From: Azolla caroliniana | Taxonomy: Eukaryota > Plantae > Polypodiophyta | Direction of reading: 5' to 3' | Assembly (NCBI GenBank): GCA_043228905.1 | Contig: JBHGNT010000021.1 | Coordinates: 8,246,001 to 8,310,000 of the forward strand | DNA: 64,000 nt | Part shown: in pieces, positions 26,701-40,728 of the stretch | How the letters are laid out: the number at the start of each line of letters is the position of its first letter | How positions within the stretch are numbered: the stretch's first letter is position 1 | Made by a program: the position numbers and the translations under genes | The notes under the pieces: generated by a model | Database searches by the model: none | What the model was told of the DNA's origin: nothing | What the model saw: only the letters and a program-made list of their open reading frames with translations

Positions 26701-29700
26701 AATCCCAGTCAATATGAACAGTGATTTATAATGCCACTAGTTCTTAAAACTTGACAAATATTTGAAATGGTCTATGGATAAACAACAGCTGAATTTTTCT
26801 TCTTTCAACATTAACTGGATTGTAGCATGTTCTAAAACAAATTTTTTGTCCATGTGACGTGTCTTTTGCAAGCAAGAGCTAACTATCAAATCAAGATGCT
26901 CAATATTCTAATGATTTCGTTTTGTTATCCATTGAATACGGCTGTACATTAGCTGTAAAAGGGACATTGGAATTACCATACGGACTAATTTCTGGTGATT
27001 GTACAAAAGCAGTAAAAGCCAAGAATCATGCATGATGAGCATTTGCATAGAGCACCAAAAATGCCTTCTTGACCCCAACTAAAGAGAATGTGATAATGAA
27101 CCAAGAAGCAAAGAAATTCTACCTTCTTTCTTCTGATTCTCTTAATGAACCAGTGGAAACATCCCACAATTTCTCAGGATGTGAATGAAGTAATGCCAGT
27201 GTCGCCAATGTGCTAAGATTTACACCATTGTATCTAGAACTTTTCTTCATTTTATTTTTAACATTCTTTGAATGCTTCAAGATTCTTCATCTATTTCATA
27301 GCTTTTAGGCATATAGATAGTATCTTATTTTTCCTGATATTTGGCATTCATTGGCATTCCTAATAAATCTGGTTTTAAATTGCACTATGGCATTGTGGAA
27401 GTACCATCACTACAGTGGTGCTGGTGCATCAGTGATTGAATTTGATGGCAAAATTAAACTCAGTAACTATACATGCCATACAAAAGACCGCTGAAAGCTT
27501 AAGCATATATGATTACCTACACTAATACTAGATGGTGACCTTACTTCCCGTGAGACATCCCTCTCCTCCATTCTGCAAATTGATAACAAAATTATAAACT
27601 ACAGCATAAAAGTATAATTTGATTGCATTAATCTGCACAGAAAAATTCCAAAGCCTTTCTGCTGATGTTAGCAATTTTATAGAATAAAATAAAAAACGTG
27701 ATTTAGATACCAATATCAGCAAAAGACATTATGCTGATGGGACCTTCTACACAATCCCATAATTTATTCAGACTGGATGGTCAATTATATTTCCCAGACT
27801 CTTTTCTTGAAGTACATTTAAAGAAATTTTCAGCTACACTCTACGTCACGATATTACTTACCTATGGGCCCTGTTTTGGCCAAACCATATCCAACCATAA
27901 TGCCATGGTTTAACAATTCATCGGCGCTAATATAATTAAACAATTTTGTTTAAATTCAACTATCATTTAACTGTTTAATTTGTTTTCAAATATCATTAAG
28001 AGGTTTGGTTTCAGTTTGGTTTGATTCTCAAACTTGGGTTTATCAGTTCATCAATTTATCTGTTGAGTGGCTCAAGTTTAATGGTTTATCATTTTTTGGT
28101 TTAACTTTCCTTTGTTTCCCCAATGGTTTAATGAATTTAACTGACATGTTCTTTAAATTTAATGGTTTTTTGTTTAATTGTTAATTTGGTTTAGATTTGT
28201 GATTAAATAGTTCAAATTCATTCCGAAAGACCAAGACACACATTCTTACTTGACTCTTGTGGGCGAAACTGATGGCTCCTGCTTTGGGGGCTTCAATGTA
28301 ATCCCTTCTGCAAGTAACAATATCAAGATCTACATCATATACTCCAACAAGATAATGCTTTGAAATCACAAACCGAACAGGAAAAAGCATGGACCTTTTC
28401 TCCCATCCGAGTTTGATTTCGCCACAGCCAAAAGATCTGCCCTTGTTTTCCCGTGAAGATGTGATAGATCCTGCAATCAAAACTCAAAAACAAACACAAA
28501 CCACAAGCTTTGGTGAAACAAAAAATGGCCAAAGTTTCACATACATTTGTGCAAGTTTAAAAAAAATTATCACCAGCCATGCTTCCAGCAATGTACCGGA
28601 AGAGGGGAACAAGGAGAATTCATGTATGCAGAAATGTAATGGTTGTAACATTGAGTTTTCGTCTTTGTAACCACATGTTCTGCAACTTCAGCCCAATTAC
28701 CCAAACCATGTGTTTCTATTGCCTGCACAATCACAATTCGAATATCCGAAATTTTAGTAGCTGAAAATTTTCCCTTTGGAATAAATATTTGTGTCAGTAA
28801 TTTGAAGGCATTATACCTCTAGCAACAGTATTTCCTCATCTGCAGTCCAATCAGGATGGATGAGAGGAAAACACAAGTTCTCCTGGCAAACAGTACTGCA
28901 TTAGCGAAATGAACAAAGAAATCAACTGTACAATGAGATAACAATTCTATAAAAAAGAGAGATAAGAAAAATATCCACTGACGCATAAACAAACATGCAT
29001 GCATATTCTGTACATGTGAGTGTTGATATTCATAAGATCAAAAATAGGTTTTACCCTTCTCTGGAAAGTAGATGAAAATTATGATAAAATAAAACATGAA
29101 CTTCCATACAGAGATAAACTGCAATTTCATTACTTTCTCTTATTAGCACTCACCTTGAAAACAATGACCATAACATAAGTATGCATAGCATATAAGAGAA
29201 CTATGATATGTCAACTCAATTTTATTTTCATAAGCATAAAACACATAATTTGAACTCATTGATAAGTAAGCGTTTCAAATTCAATTCAAAATTTTAAAGA
29301 AGCAGCAAAGAAAAAAGTCATGCAAACATATAAGCAAAGTATCTGTGAAATGTTTAGTGCTATAAACAAGAGGTGTGAATCTTGAGATCACGAATCTCAT
29401 CATGCATAGCTTGAACAAAGAGTGTCACACCCCAAACTTGGATGAGATTACTAGACACACCCATAAGGATGCGAATATGTGTAGACAAGCTTAGAAACCC
29501 TAGGATATGCCAAGAGGATGCCTAGACATTTATGTAACATTGTAGTACAATGCTTCATGGCACACTTTCTTTCTGCTCATTGGATGTTATGGATTTATGA
29601 TCTCCGAAAAGGTTAGGATATCCGGAATCAATGTGATAGGAAAGGTAAGGACATGCCATTAAAGGAAATAATCTATCAAGTTGCTATCACATTTTGCGAT

Positions 29701-32700
29701 ATTGCATAATGGGACAATTCCACAATTATATTCTCAAATGACCTGATAAAGCCCTCTAGATAGCTCAGAGCTCCAAGAAACTTTCACTATTCTAACGCAA
29801 GTCACCTAAGAAATGCCTAAACATGTTTTAAGTTTGAATAAGAAACTTTCAGAAGCCTGATTCAAGACACTTGAAAAACGCAAGCATATGCTATGAGTTA
29901 AAATATTTTACATACATAGCAGAAAAACTGTAAAATATTTTACACGATAAATTTAGGCAAAAGGGCACAACTTACAACAAAATAAAAAACCATTCCAGAT
30001 TTCTTCTTATAACAAGTATCATTATAACATAAAGCAACAAATAACTTACAATCACTCTATATGGATGACTGGCCTTATGAGGAGTGGCCTCTGCACCAAC
30101 AGAGAAGCATTCAAGACAAAGGTCAAAATCACAGCATCTCGCACAACGTATGTGAACAATCCCTGAAATATCTTTATTGCAGTAATTGCAATGATACAAT
30201 GCTTTTTTTGCCTCATGTCCAGCTGCAAAACAGCAGGTTATGTTTTTTAACCTGGAAATAATTACAAGGACAAGCAAATTTTAAGATTTATTGTCATTCT
30301 TAAAAAGTCAGTTATCTACAAACCTGATAAGCCAGTATCTACATTAGGCCCCTGACGCCTTCTTTTTGATCTGGAAAATGAAGCAAATGAGAAGCTGAGC
30401 TCAAAATATTTTAAATATCAGAAAGGGTTTATTCCTTAAAAGTTCAAGCAAAAGTTAACAGTTTCAAACTATACAATTTCATGGCAAACCTATAAATAAT
30501 GATGTACCTGTCTAATTTACATTCATGCAGATATATATACATAAGCATCATACACATAAACATTACATTGCCCAAGCGTGAGTAAATAGAAGTTCACTCA
30601 CTTTCACGCATGACATCAATGGTTTGCAATAAACTACTGCCATCATGACCTAGGGCTCTGTTTTGTTTGGACATTGAAGAGGATTTCTATGGGCATATTC
30701 TTTGGAGTTTTGGGGTTTCATCCCAATACATACTTCTTCACTAGCAAAGTCTAATTTACATTCATGCAGATATATATGCATAAGTATCATACACATAAAC
30801 ATTACATTGCCCAAGAGTGAGTAAATAGAAGTTCACTCACTTTCACGCATGACATCAATGGTTGCAATAAACTATCAATATACATATAACTCTGTTAAAC
30901 AACTTAATCCACACATTTAAACAAAGCTACACAACTAGAAAACACCTATAAGCTAAGCCATACACCTTAATTGCCAATATAATAGGTCCAAGTTCTTGAC
31001 ATAAAGTGATTAAGAATTGGATACTTAGGTGGGAAGGATTGGCCTTTAAGGAACGAGATAGAAAAGATTAACAGATTATGATCCAGCTCTACAATGGGGA
31101 GATCAAGAAGCCTATGAGAAAAAAAGGCTAAAACTGACTTTTATAGTTTTACATCGCACTTATGCCTTTTCACACCAAAGAGACTGCCAAATCCTATCTC
31201 TTGAGCACAAGTTTCCCATACCCAACACATAGTTTTCCTTTCATCTCTTCAGAGCTTCATTTCAAGAATTAGGACTCAACCTAGCAATCAGAAAAAGTTC
31301 AGTCTAAGCCAAACCAAACCTCACAAACAGCGGCTTAACGGCTTAAACAGCGGATTATAGTTTCAACAGTTTCACAAACTGATGGTGGGTGGCAGCACCA
31401 AACCTGTACTCTCTTTCATCTGCAACTCTTTAAATGCCTTCTCCACTTTTCCAAGATATTCCCTCTTATTCCTAGTTTATTGTACCTGTTTGGTAGTATA
31501 AGATTCACTTAACTACCAAACAACCATTTCACCCATGTTCCCCAATTTTGTATAAATAGGTTACACCAGCCTCTTTTGTAAAGACTTTATTTTTGCTGCT
31601 ACTTGCAAACAAGCTCTACTCTTTGGCTGTGTCTCTACTCTTTGCAACCATTTTTGCTACTGCTGTCTATCAACCTTCTCACAGCTTGGTTGTGTCTATT
31701 TTGTTATAACAACTGTTCCACTGTGTTATTAACAGCTTCTCACATGCTATCAGCGCAATGAGGTTTCCATATCCTCAGCCTGATTTTTTTGCCAAAGAGC
31801 ACACAGACCTATCTTCTTTTATCCCACTATCCCACCCTTAAGAGGAGTTTTTTCTTTTCTTTGCAGCCTCCCTCCCAACCCTATTGAGGAGGTTCTCTTA
31901 GCAGCCAGCCACCCTCCCAACCTACAGAGGTTCTTTTTTTCTTTTCCCCTCATCTGAGCCTCGCCTAGAACCTAGGGAAGAGTAGAAAGACCCTGACCAT
32001 CTACTTACAGCAGCTGCAAATTGTCCAGTTGTAGCTCAAGCGGAGGATATCCATGGCCTCACATGCCACCATTGTTTAATCAACCATTCCCCAACTCCCC
32101 AAAGAGTTCTTCTTGGATGGGAACAATTACTTGGATTGGGAACTACAGATAAAGACATTGTTACAGTACCATCATCTATGGAATGTAGTCAATGGTAATG
32201 AGAAGAAACCACCAATAACTTCATCTTCTTCAACCACATCAGTCGTTGGCTCATCTAAAGCTGAGATTGAAGCTTGGCTAGATAAAGATTCTCGTGCTCA
32301 TGCTTTCCTCGTGTTTAATATTAAACCGAGCATCGCTCATCAATTTCAAGATACAAATGAAGAGACAGCCAATGAACTATGGGCAGCCATCAAAAACAGG
32401 CATCATAGAGCTAATCATGCTCAAATGATAGCTATTGAGCACCAACTAGCAAATCTCAAGATTCATGACACTCCGAACATCATGGACCAAATCCAACAAT
32501 TTATTACTCTCCAAAAGAAGCTAGTTTCCTTGGGAAGAAAGTCAACCGAAGTTGAGTTTGTGCATCGTCTAATGATCATGTTGCCTGAATCATTCTCAGC
32601 CTTTTGTGACACAATTTCACTTCTTCCCAACACACCTGACATGAATACATTTCTTGGCATGCTACAAGACAGAGCAACAAGGAAGAAAAGTGCTCAAACT

Positions 32701-35700
32701 TCTAATGAGACGCTTCTCCATGTGAAAAGTAAAGGCAAGAGGAAGCAAAATGGCAACTCCTACAACAAACCCAATCCAAGACCACCAAACAACCCAGCCT
32801 ACAAGGAGCTCACTTGTCATTATTGTGGCTACAAAGGTCACATTCAGCCTGATTGTCAGAAAAAAAGAAAAGGGATAATGCCAAGAAATCTTCTTCTACT
32901 GAAAGTCAACCTACATCAAAATCATACTCAGCCCACTCAGCCAAAGAAACAGTTTCCCTTGGCATTGAGGAACATTCTCCACATTTGGCTGGAACAACTT
33001 CCTCAACCATTGATGAGTGGTTAGTAAACACCGGTGCCACTGCACACATGACATGAAAAATCCATTTTGCATGATGTGGAGCCTAGCTCCTCCCAAATCT
33101 CCATAGGAGATACCTCAAGCACTGAGGCGTTGTGTGTGGGTAATATGTTTCTTAACACTTCTTCAAATGACAAACATGTCGTTTCTTCAAGATGTGCTAC
33201 ATGTGCCTCACATCTCTGCCAACCTACTTTCGGTCTACCAAATCACTAAGCAAGGTTATAAAGTCTACTTTGATAACTTAGTTTTGGAAGTCACTGACAC
33301 CAACAGCCTACAAATTGTAGCTAGTGGCACACAAGAAGGGGGTTTATACCGCCTGAAAAGTTCCCACAGCCCCTTGGAAAAATCCAAATCTCATCTTCGT
33401 CATGTTCTTCAAGGCTGACATGCCATGGTGGCACAAGAAGATCCCACATTGTGGCATGCTAGGTTTGGTCATCTAAACTACAATTCTCTTCAAGAGCTCT
33501 GCTCTTCACAGCTAGTTGTGTGAGAAAAGCTGTTAATAGCAGCAGCGGAACAGTTGTTGGAACATAATAGACACAGCCAAGCTGTGAGAAAGCTGTTAAA
33601 CAGCAGTAGCAAAAATGGTTGCAAAGAGTAGACACAACCATAGAGTAGAGCTTGTTTGTAAGTAGCAACAAAAGTAGAAGTCTTTACAAAAGAGGCTGGT
33701 ATAGCCTATTTATACAAAATTGGGGAAAGTGGGTGAAATGGTTGTTTGTTAGTTAAGTGACTCTTGTATTGCCAAACAGGTACAATAAACTAGGAATAAG
33801 ATGGAATATCTTTGAAAAAGTGGAAGAGAAAAAAGGCATTTAAAGCATTGCAGATTCTAGATAGAGAAGGCATTTAAAGAGTTGCAGGTTCTAGAGAGAG
33901 AAGAATCTAGGAAGAGAGAGAATATAGAACAAAGATAATAAAGATGAAAGAGAGTGCAAGTCTGGAACTGCCAACTCCAACAAGTTGAGGATCTTCCTAT
34001 TTTCATAACTCCCAATACCCCATGTGTTGCTTGTCTTCATGGCACGCAACATTGAGAGCCTTTCCCTCATCAAGCCACTCACCGTGTAACATCTATCTTG
34101 GAGTTAGTGCACATGGATCTTTGTGGTCCCATAAAAACCACTACTCTTGGTGGTGCACACTACTTCATGCTTATCATTGATGATTTCTCCCATAAGGTTT
34201 GGGTTTATTTTCTTGTAGAGAAATCTCCAGCCTTCACCAAATTTCAAGAATGGGTAGCTCTTGTTGAGAACGAGACATCAAAGAAAGTTTGAAAGATCAA
34301 GTCCGACAATGGCGGAGAGTTTATCTCCCAAGCTTTCCGCCACTTCCCAAGTGGCTTCAAGCCACCATTTGTGATTCCCACCTCTTCGATGCTTAACTTC
34401 AGGAGTATACATTTGTTCTTTGACGAACATGAAAAGAACACGTAGATCACAACGGCCTCGGTACTCATGCAACTTTGCCTTACTATGCATTGTTGAAAAG
34501 AGGCACTTGTTCTTCGGGAGTGGAAAGCACCAATGGAAGTTGAACTTAACTCCATTGAGTGGAATTATGCATGCGAGTTGGTCCCTCGGCCTCAACATAG
34601 GCAAGTGATTGGATTGAAATGGATTTACAAGACCAAGTACCATGTTGATGGTACTTTGGATAAGCATAAGGCGCGTCTAGTTGCAAAAGGCTACTCACAA
34701 GTGGAAGGAGTGGACTACGAGGAAAATTTTGCTCCAACAGCAAGGTACACCTCTATTCGATGTTTGAGCTTGCACTTGTTGCTCACAACAAATGGAGCAT
34801 CTTTCAAATGGATGTCAAGTCAACCTTCCTTAATGGTGACTTGAAAGAAGAAGTTTATATAGAACAGCCTTCAGGTTTCAAGATTTCAGAGCAGAAAAAC
34901 ATGGTCTACAAGTTACACAAAGCCTTGTATGGCTTAAAGCAAGCTCCCAAAGCTTGGCATGACAAAATTGATACCTTCTTTCTCTCTCTTAGGTTTCAGT
35001 TCTCTTGGGTTTCAGCATTGTTATGGTGACAGCAATCTCTGTCTTTTCCCAACATAATTTGTTATGCTTGATCATATTATATGTTGATGACCTTCTAATT
35101 ACAGGGTCCCTTGCTTCTAAAATCAAGGAGCCCCGCACTGATCTCAAAACCACATTCGAAATGACTGATTTAGAACTTCTCCATTACTTCATTGGTATGG
35201 AGGTCTATCAATCACATAGTGGTATCTTCCTCAGCCACCATAGGTATCTCAAACAGTTCCTTGAGACCTATAGCATGTCAAATTGCAAGCCACTCTCTTG
35301 TCCACTGGATCAAAACTCAAAGTTATCTCGTGAAAACGATTCTCCCATATTTGAAGATATCATGAAATATAGAAGGTTAATTGGGTCTCTTCTACACTTA
35401 ACTTACACCATGCTTGATTTGTCCTATAGTGTGAGTATTCTCAGCCAATTCTCAAGCGCTCCAAGATAAAGTCATTGGCAAGCAGCTATTCGAGTTCTTA
35501 AGTATTTGGCCAACACACTCGACTATGGTCTCTCTTTTAGAGGCGGCATTGAGCTTGTTGGTTGCGGGGACGCTGATTGGGGAAGTAATATTGATTCTAG
35601 AAGGTCCACATCTGGCTATTGTTTTATGTTAGGTTTTAGTTTGATTTCTTGGAAATCAAAGAAGCAAAACTCAATTTCTACTTCATTGATAGAAGTTGAA

Positions 35701-38490
35701 TGTCGAGGCTACTTGGATGCTTGCTGTGAGTTGCTATGGTTAATGCAATTGTTTTGTCACATTGGTGTTTTGCAAGACTCTCCTATTGTAGTTTTCACTG
35801 ACACCCAAAGTGCCCGTGCATTGGCACATAGCTCAGTGTTTTATGGTAGAACAAAACATATTGAAGTGCACTACCATTTTGTTCATGAATTAGTGAAATC
35901 ACAAGTCATCAACTTGGCATATTGTCCTACTCAAGAAAATGTGGTTGTACAAGAGTCACTTAACTACCAAACAACCATTTCACCCACATTCCCCAAATTT
36001 GTATAAATAGGCTATGCCAGCCTCTTTTGTGAATACTTTATTTTTGTTGCTACTTGCAAACAAGCTCTACTCTTTGGCTGTGTCTCTACTCTTTGCAACC
36101 ATTTTTGCTATTGCTGTCTAACAGCCTTCTCACAGCTTGGTTGTGTCTATTTTGTTCTAACAATTGTTCCGTTGCTGCTATTAACAGCTTTTCTCACACA
36201 AACCACAGCTTAAACTGCTTAACCATTTGCAGTTTAAACGGCTACATGATTTGTGGTTTAAATATCAAACTCTTAATGGTTTATGGTTAGGACATTTCTA
36301 AAATATTTGTTAACTATGAATAAACTATAATGTTAAGAGCTATAGCCTATTAACATAATAAGTTAAAACACTTGAGATCCAACATATTTTTCTTTCCTCA
36401 ATTTATATAAACACTATGCAAAAGAGGTATTTCAATGTTCTCTGTAAAGCAAATCCGATTACATACCATCCAACAATGTAGTTTTGAGTGTCCAAAACTT
36501 TTTTGGGATTAATTATAGAATTGAATAGATTTTTAGCATCCCCGAGGATGACAATTTTGACCTATGGGACAAAAAATATATGATGTATACGACTCCTTGG
36601 GATTGCTACTTTACAATAAAAATTCCATGTAAAAACGATGCACCCACGTGTACTCACAGATTTGAGTATGACTCTTAAACTATCTTGTTCATCTAACAAA
36701 TTACCCTATATGAAGAGCATGTGAGAAATAAGTGATATTCATCCACTAGGTTTTCATGTATATCTTCATACTTGGGTGATGATGTCATGATGCTACCGAA
36801 CAAGTTCAAAGAATTGTTAATGCTCTTCAAGAACCAAGGCTCATTGGGGTAGTAAAATGCAGATGGACATGTTCTAGCATTTCTACCTTGATTGGGGTTG
36901 ATATTGAAGGTTAACATTTGCAATGTAACATTCAAATTTTGACATTTTAGCATCTTGCCCCTTCATCTTTAGGGACTCAACTGATCTATCCTCAAAGGTC
37001 ACATACATTGGCAATACAACTTTTTGTGACTGCTCTCTCTCTCTTTGAGAGGCAAATAACCATATCTGGTATCCTGTGCACTCTCTTTAGTTTATATCTA
37101 GTACTCGCATCATGTATCTGTTGATAGTTGTACCTTAGTCCCATAAGTTACACTTCATTTGTTCTTCTTACCCACCATGAACTTGACTGGGTGATTAAGT
37201 AGGACACTATTAGATTTGACACTTGAATAAAGGAATTTGGGTTATCCTGAAGTCCTTTGGAGGAAGACAAAAGCTTCCTATAGTGACCATCTACTAGCAT
37301 TGACGAATTCCTACTTTGAACATGACTTTCTATAGGAACCATCTTTTAACATTAACAATTGACGGAGTCCTAGTTCAACCGAGCTATATGGCACAACACC
37401 TCTCTGATGGTTCTTTGGATGTGGGATCGGCATAGCTAGTACATCAATCATCACACAAGTTTTGAATGGAGTCCAACCACATCTTCATTGAGATCACACG
37501 ATGTACAACTATCAAACCACAAGAAGATCGAGGTGCTTAAATTATAAGTTCAGATCCCTACTAAGAAATACTAAATGAGTATTGGAAAATCCTTGAGGAG
37601 ATCATGAAATAGATAGTACGTGCATCATTTTTATTCGCAAGCTTGGTTACATCTATAGACAAAATGGAAATCCAATATTTCTTGGTCTAAAATGCAAAAC
37701 TTCAAACATCACCTCAGGTATTTTGAAACCAAAGTGAATCAATATCCAAGAAACATAAACTTTTTGTCCGATTCAATCCACCAGTTATTGTAAGCTCTTT
37801 ATATTTTAGATGAAATGAATTTCAATATCAAGATGAAATTCTCGGCTATGTAATCAGAGTAAACTGTCTAAGTAAAGAACGGTCCTTTCCTTTAAAAGGA
37901 AAATGTAAACGTTATATAGCTCCTAGACTCCATTTATCGAGGTCAGGGCATACCACTGTTGCAGAAGCCACAGTCCTCTAGCTTTGAGAGATAGGGATAT
38001 CAGCTTATTTGGCTTGATTACCTAGCATCATTAGCCAGCACTCTTTGAATATCCTGATACTTATTTTACCAATCACATGGATGGGGAGTGGTTTTACAAA
38101 TATGGCCATGATGGTGTAGTTATGTCCTACTTGTATCTGCTTCAGCTCCATGGATGATCGTATAAAGCTTTGCCTGTTGGCAAACAACACCAGATCCGGT
38201 GCATCATTTTTTCCCTCCAGAAATAATCCTTTCGATAGACTAGTTCAGTACTGAGGTAGCTGTTTCATTGGCATACTTCAAGCTTCAAGCTTGCAGTCAG
38301 GCCAATGACCTCTGTTCCTTCTTTCGTTTGGAAGGGAGGAAATATGACATAACATAGCGATAAGGAGGTACCACTTTCCCCTCTCTATCTATCTTTCTTT
38401 CTCTACAAACACAGTCACAAGAAAGAAAGACGGGTTAAAGACGGACCTGTTGCTGTCTTCAGGGGGTACGGGAGCTTTGAAGCGTCCCAT
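23784..38490 (-). CDS. ADA2: Transcriptional adaptor ADA2 (SAGA/GCN5 subunit; ZZ, SANT, SWIRM domains), about 572 aa
   Basis: Hand-spliced GT-AG exons, all in phase: 38447-38490, 30324-30370, 30050-30222 (YHCNYC..CARC..DLCLECF), 28817-28882 ([12 protein letters not shown]), 28597-28722 ([11 protein letters not shown]), 28395-28470, 28250-28307, 27517-27572, 26403-26543, 26045-26279 ([11 protein letters not shown]), 25044-25263, 24287-24541, 23784-24005. Total 1719 nt, no internal stop seen. Confidence 0.95.
27865..28200. repeat. MITE-like AT-rich intronic element with TGGTTT/AAACCA motifs
   Basis: Repeated GGTTTAA/AAACC motifs, similar to 31290-31379, 36199-36330 and 39535-39600. Confidence 0.35.
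30510..30874 (+). repeat. ~127 bp direct duplication (30510-30636 and 30749-30874)
   Basis: GTCTAATTTACATTCATGCAG...GCAATAAACTA present twice with few differences. Confidence 0.92.
31380..36198 (+). mobile_element. Ty1/Copia element in ADA2 intron 1, CAAAC TSD
   Basis: 5' LTR 31380-31744 (TG..CA); PBS TGCTATCAGCGC; gag 32113-33024 with [14 protein letters not shown]; integrase LVHMDLCGP; [23 protein letters not shown]; RNase [12 protein letters not shown]; partial 3' LTR about 35947-36198; CAAAC on both sides. Confidence 0.95.
33519..33982 (-). mobile_element. Solo LTR of the same Copia family inserted antisense into its relative, AGTTG TSD
   Basis: Reverse complement matches LTR 31380-31744; TG..CA ends; AGTTG at 33514-33518 and 33983-33987. 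Confidence 0.93.
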
Positions 38491-38787
38491 GGGAGGATCG
38501 GATCGGCGATGGCGTCTTCAGTTTTTCTTCGTCCCTTGTCCTTCTCTCGTATCTCTGAGGGGGTAGCTCTTGCGTCTGTTTTGTGTCTGTCTCTCTCTCT
38601 CTCTCTCTGTCTGCTCTGATTTTCTTTGGCTTCTTCTTCTTCTTCTTCTTCTAAGTTCTTAGGTCATGTCATCATCATCATGATTCATGAATGTTCATCG
38701 TCTTCATATAATATGTATATATTGTGTCATGGACCATGGCTCGCCAATGTTTCTCTTAATTACGAAAGTAGACGGGGGCCCCAAATC

Positions 38788-38840
38788 ATGTATGTATGTA
38801 TGTATGTATGTATGTATGTATGTATGTATGTATGTATGTA

Positions 38841-38875
<35 letters not shown>
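38788..38875. repeat. (TATG)n(TG)n microsatellite upstream of ADA2
   Basis: Directly visible. Confidence 0.95.
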
Positions 38876-38894
38876 CTTCATGTTTCATGTCCAG

Positions 38895-39400
38895 ACTTTT
38901 CTTTTCTTTTTTCCAAAAAGATTTCCTTCATTAGTATTAAGAAAAGTGCCAGAGGGCTACAAAAATGTAAAATCAGCGAGAGTAATGGTCTAAGGCAAGG
39001 ACCAAGGGTGTTGATATCTCCATAATGGTCCTTTAGAGGTGGAGACTGTGAACAGAGGCAACTTCCTCCGTAATTCCAGTCATTTTTTCCTTTTCTTCAG
39101 AACAACCTCCAAAGAGCCTGGCATATTGTCATATTGCCCCGCACAACCGCTAATAAGCTCCCCCATAATTCCGGTAATATATCTTAGAGAAGAGGAATTA
39201 TGGACTCATATCATCATTTACAACGATACTTCCATAATATCCATAATGTAATCGTAGATATTGTTTTCCATACATCGATTGCACGCATTTGCTTACGAGG
39301 TTGCTGAAAAGGGGAGACAGTAATTAGATGTCTGTTGATGACTGTCATAGCCCTCCGGAGCATCATCTGCTTCATACAACAAGAGATTGGAATGGAGAAC
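38895..39400 (-). mobile_element. L1 LINE 3' end fragment with A-rich tail
   Basis: WKTISTITLWILWKYRCK is typical of the L1 ORF2 C-terminus; T-rich tract on + strand at about 38897-38912. Confidence 0.6.
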
Positions 39401-39946
39401 CCCCCCCCCCCCCCCATACCGTTGATTCATGTCCAGACTTACTTATCTATATACATATTGTCTCGGCGAATCAATTGCCTTCATCACGATCTATCTGTGA
39501 ACTCTAACCATATGGACCCTATGTCTCTACTTCATCCGAACCGAACCATTAACCCCATAGTTTAACGGTTTATCGGTTCCAATGTAATTAAATGGTTTCA
39601 ATTATCTTTGCCATATATATGAGACAATCAAAGTGTTGTGTGTCTAGTTCAATAATTCATTGTTCTTTGTACATTCATTGTCATGTAGTTATTCTTTCCA
39701 AAAAAAATTAACATGTATTTATCCTCTTTTGTCCGTAAAAACAAAGTGAAACTTGGGTGGATACTATTGGTAAATCATAGGCATCACATAAGAAATATAA
39801 AAAACTAGCATAATGAGTTTCATGTGGTATATGCAATTTCAAAAAAGAAAAAAAAAAATTGTTTAAATTCATTTTCATTTTCATCACATGAATTCCACAG
39901 TCCACCAAGTATTATTTATATTCATTTTCAACATTGTCATTGACAA
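39264..39946. repeat. Left arm of ~690 bp inverted duplication (partner 44502-45194)
   Basis: Near-identical reverse complement; ORF track gives the same peptides at 39708-39908(-) and 44540-44740(+). Confidence 0.95.
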
Positions 39947-40220
39947 AAGATACAGCGCCAGTTTCTATCTGAAGGGTTTCTAGACAATATAATGATTGCA
40001 CATTGAGCTCTGTTCAACACTTATAACAACACCCAAGACTGCCATGGAAACATTTATCTTGAACCACATTTGTAATAAATATATTGGAGTGTGGTATGTT
40101 TGAAAATGTATTTCCATTAGTTATGTGAAATGCATGGCATGTTGACCACAGTCTTCAATATATGGTACACATAGTTGCCATATATAAGGTTAGTCATTCC
40201 TACACATGGGGTGCCAATTC

Positions 40221-40728
40221 AAAATTGGAAATGGAATAGGACAAAGATGTTCCAATAGTTTATTTGCAAAGGATGGTATTCTGAACCCTTTGCCCCTTTG
40301 CGTGCATATAGTATCCTATAGTGTCTAATGTACTAATTTTAGTAGCCAAGACATTAGTGCATTGAAGGTCGATATGTAGCCATGTGAATCACAATGTTCA
40401 ATATATGATATGCATAATTGCCATATAGACTAGGATTCATTTTATAATGAATGGATATGAGGGAAGTTGTACTATATCATTCATTAAAAGTCTAAGGGGG
40501 CCAACTAAAAATTGGAAACAGAATAGGGCAAAGATGTTTCAATATTTTATTTACGAAGGATGGTAGTCTAAACTCTTTACCCCTTTGTGATATTACAATG
40601 TCCTATAGTGTCTAATTGACTAAGGTTAGAAGTTAGTGCCTAGGACATTAGTGCATTAAGGGCCAACATGTAGCCATGTGAATCACAATGTTCAATATAT
40701 GATATGCATAGTTGCCACATAGACTAGG
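40221..40728 (+). repeat. ~215 bp diverged direct repeat (40221-40434 and 40508-40728)
   Basis: AAAATTGGAAA..GAATAGG.CAAAGATGTT ... AGCCATGTGAATCACAATGTTCAATATATGATATGCATA ... ATAGACTAGG present twice. Confidence 0.85.

Noticed and set aside
29423-29539. Possible tiny solo LTR (TGTCAC...TGTAACA)
   Set aside because: No TSD (AAGAG vs TTGTA) and no second copy in the window.
39708-39908. 66-aa ORF found twice (also 44540-44740)
   Set aside because: Identity comes from the inverted DNA duplication; no ATG start, AT-rich, no protein features.
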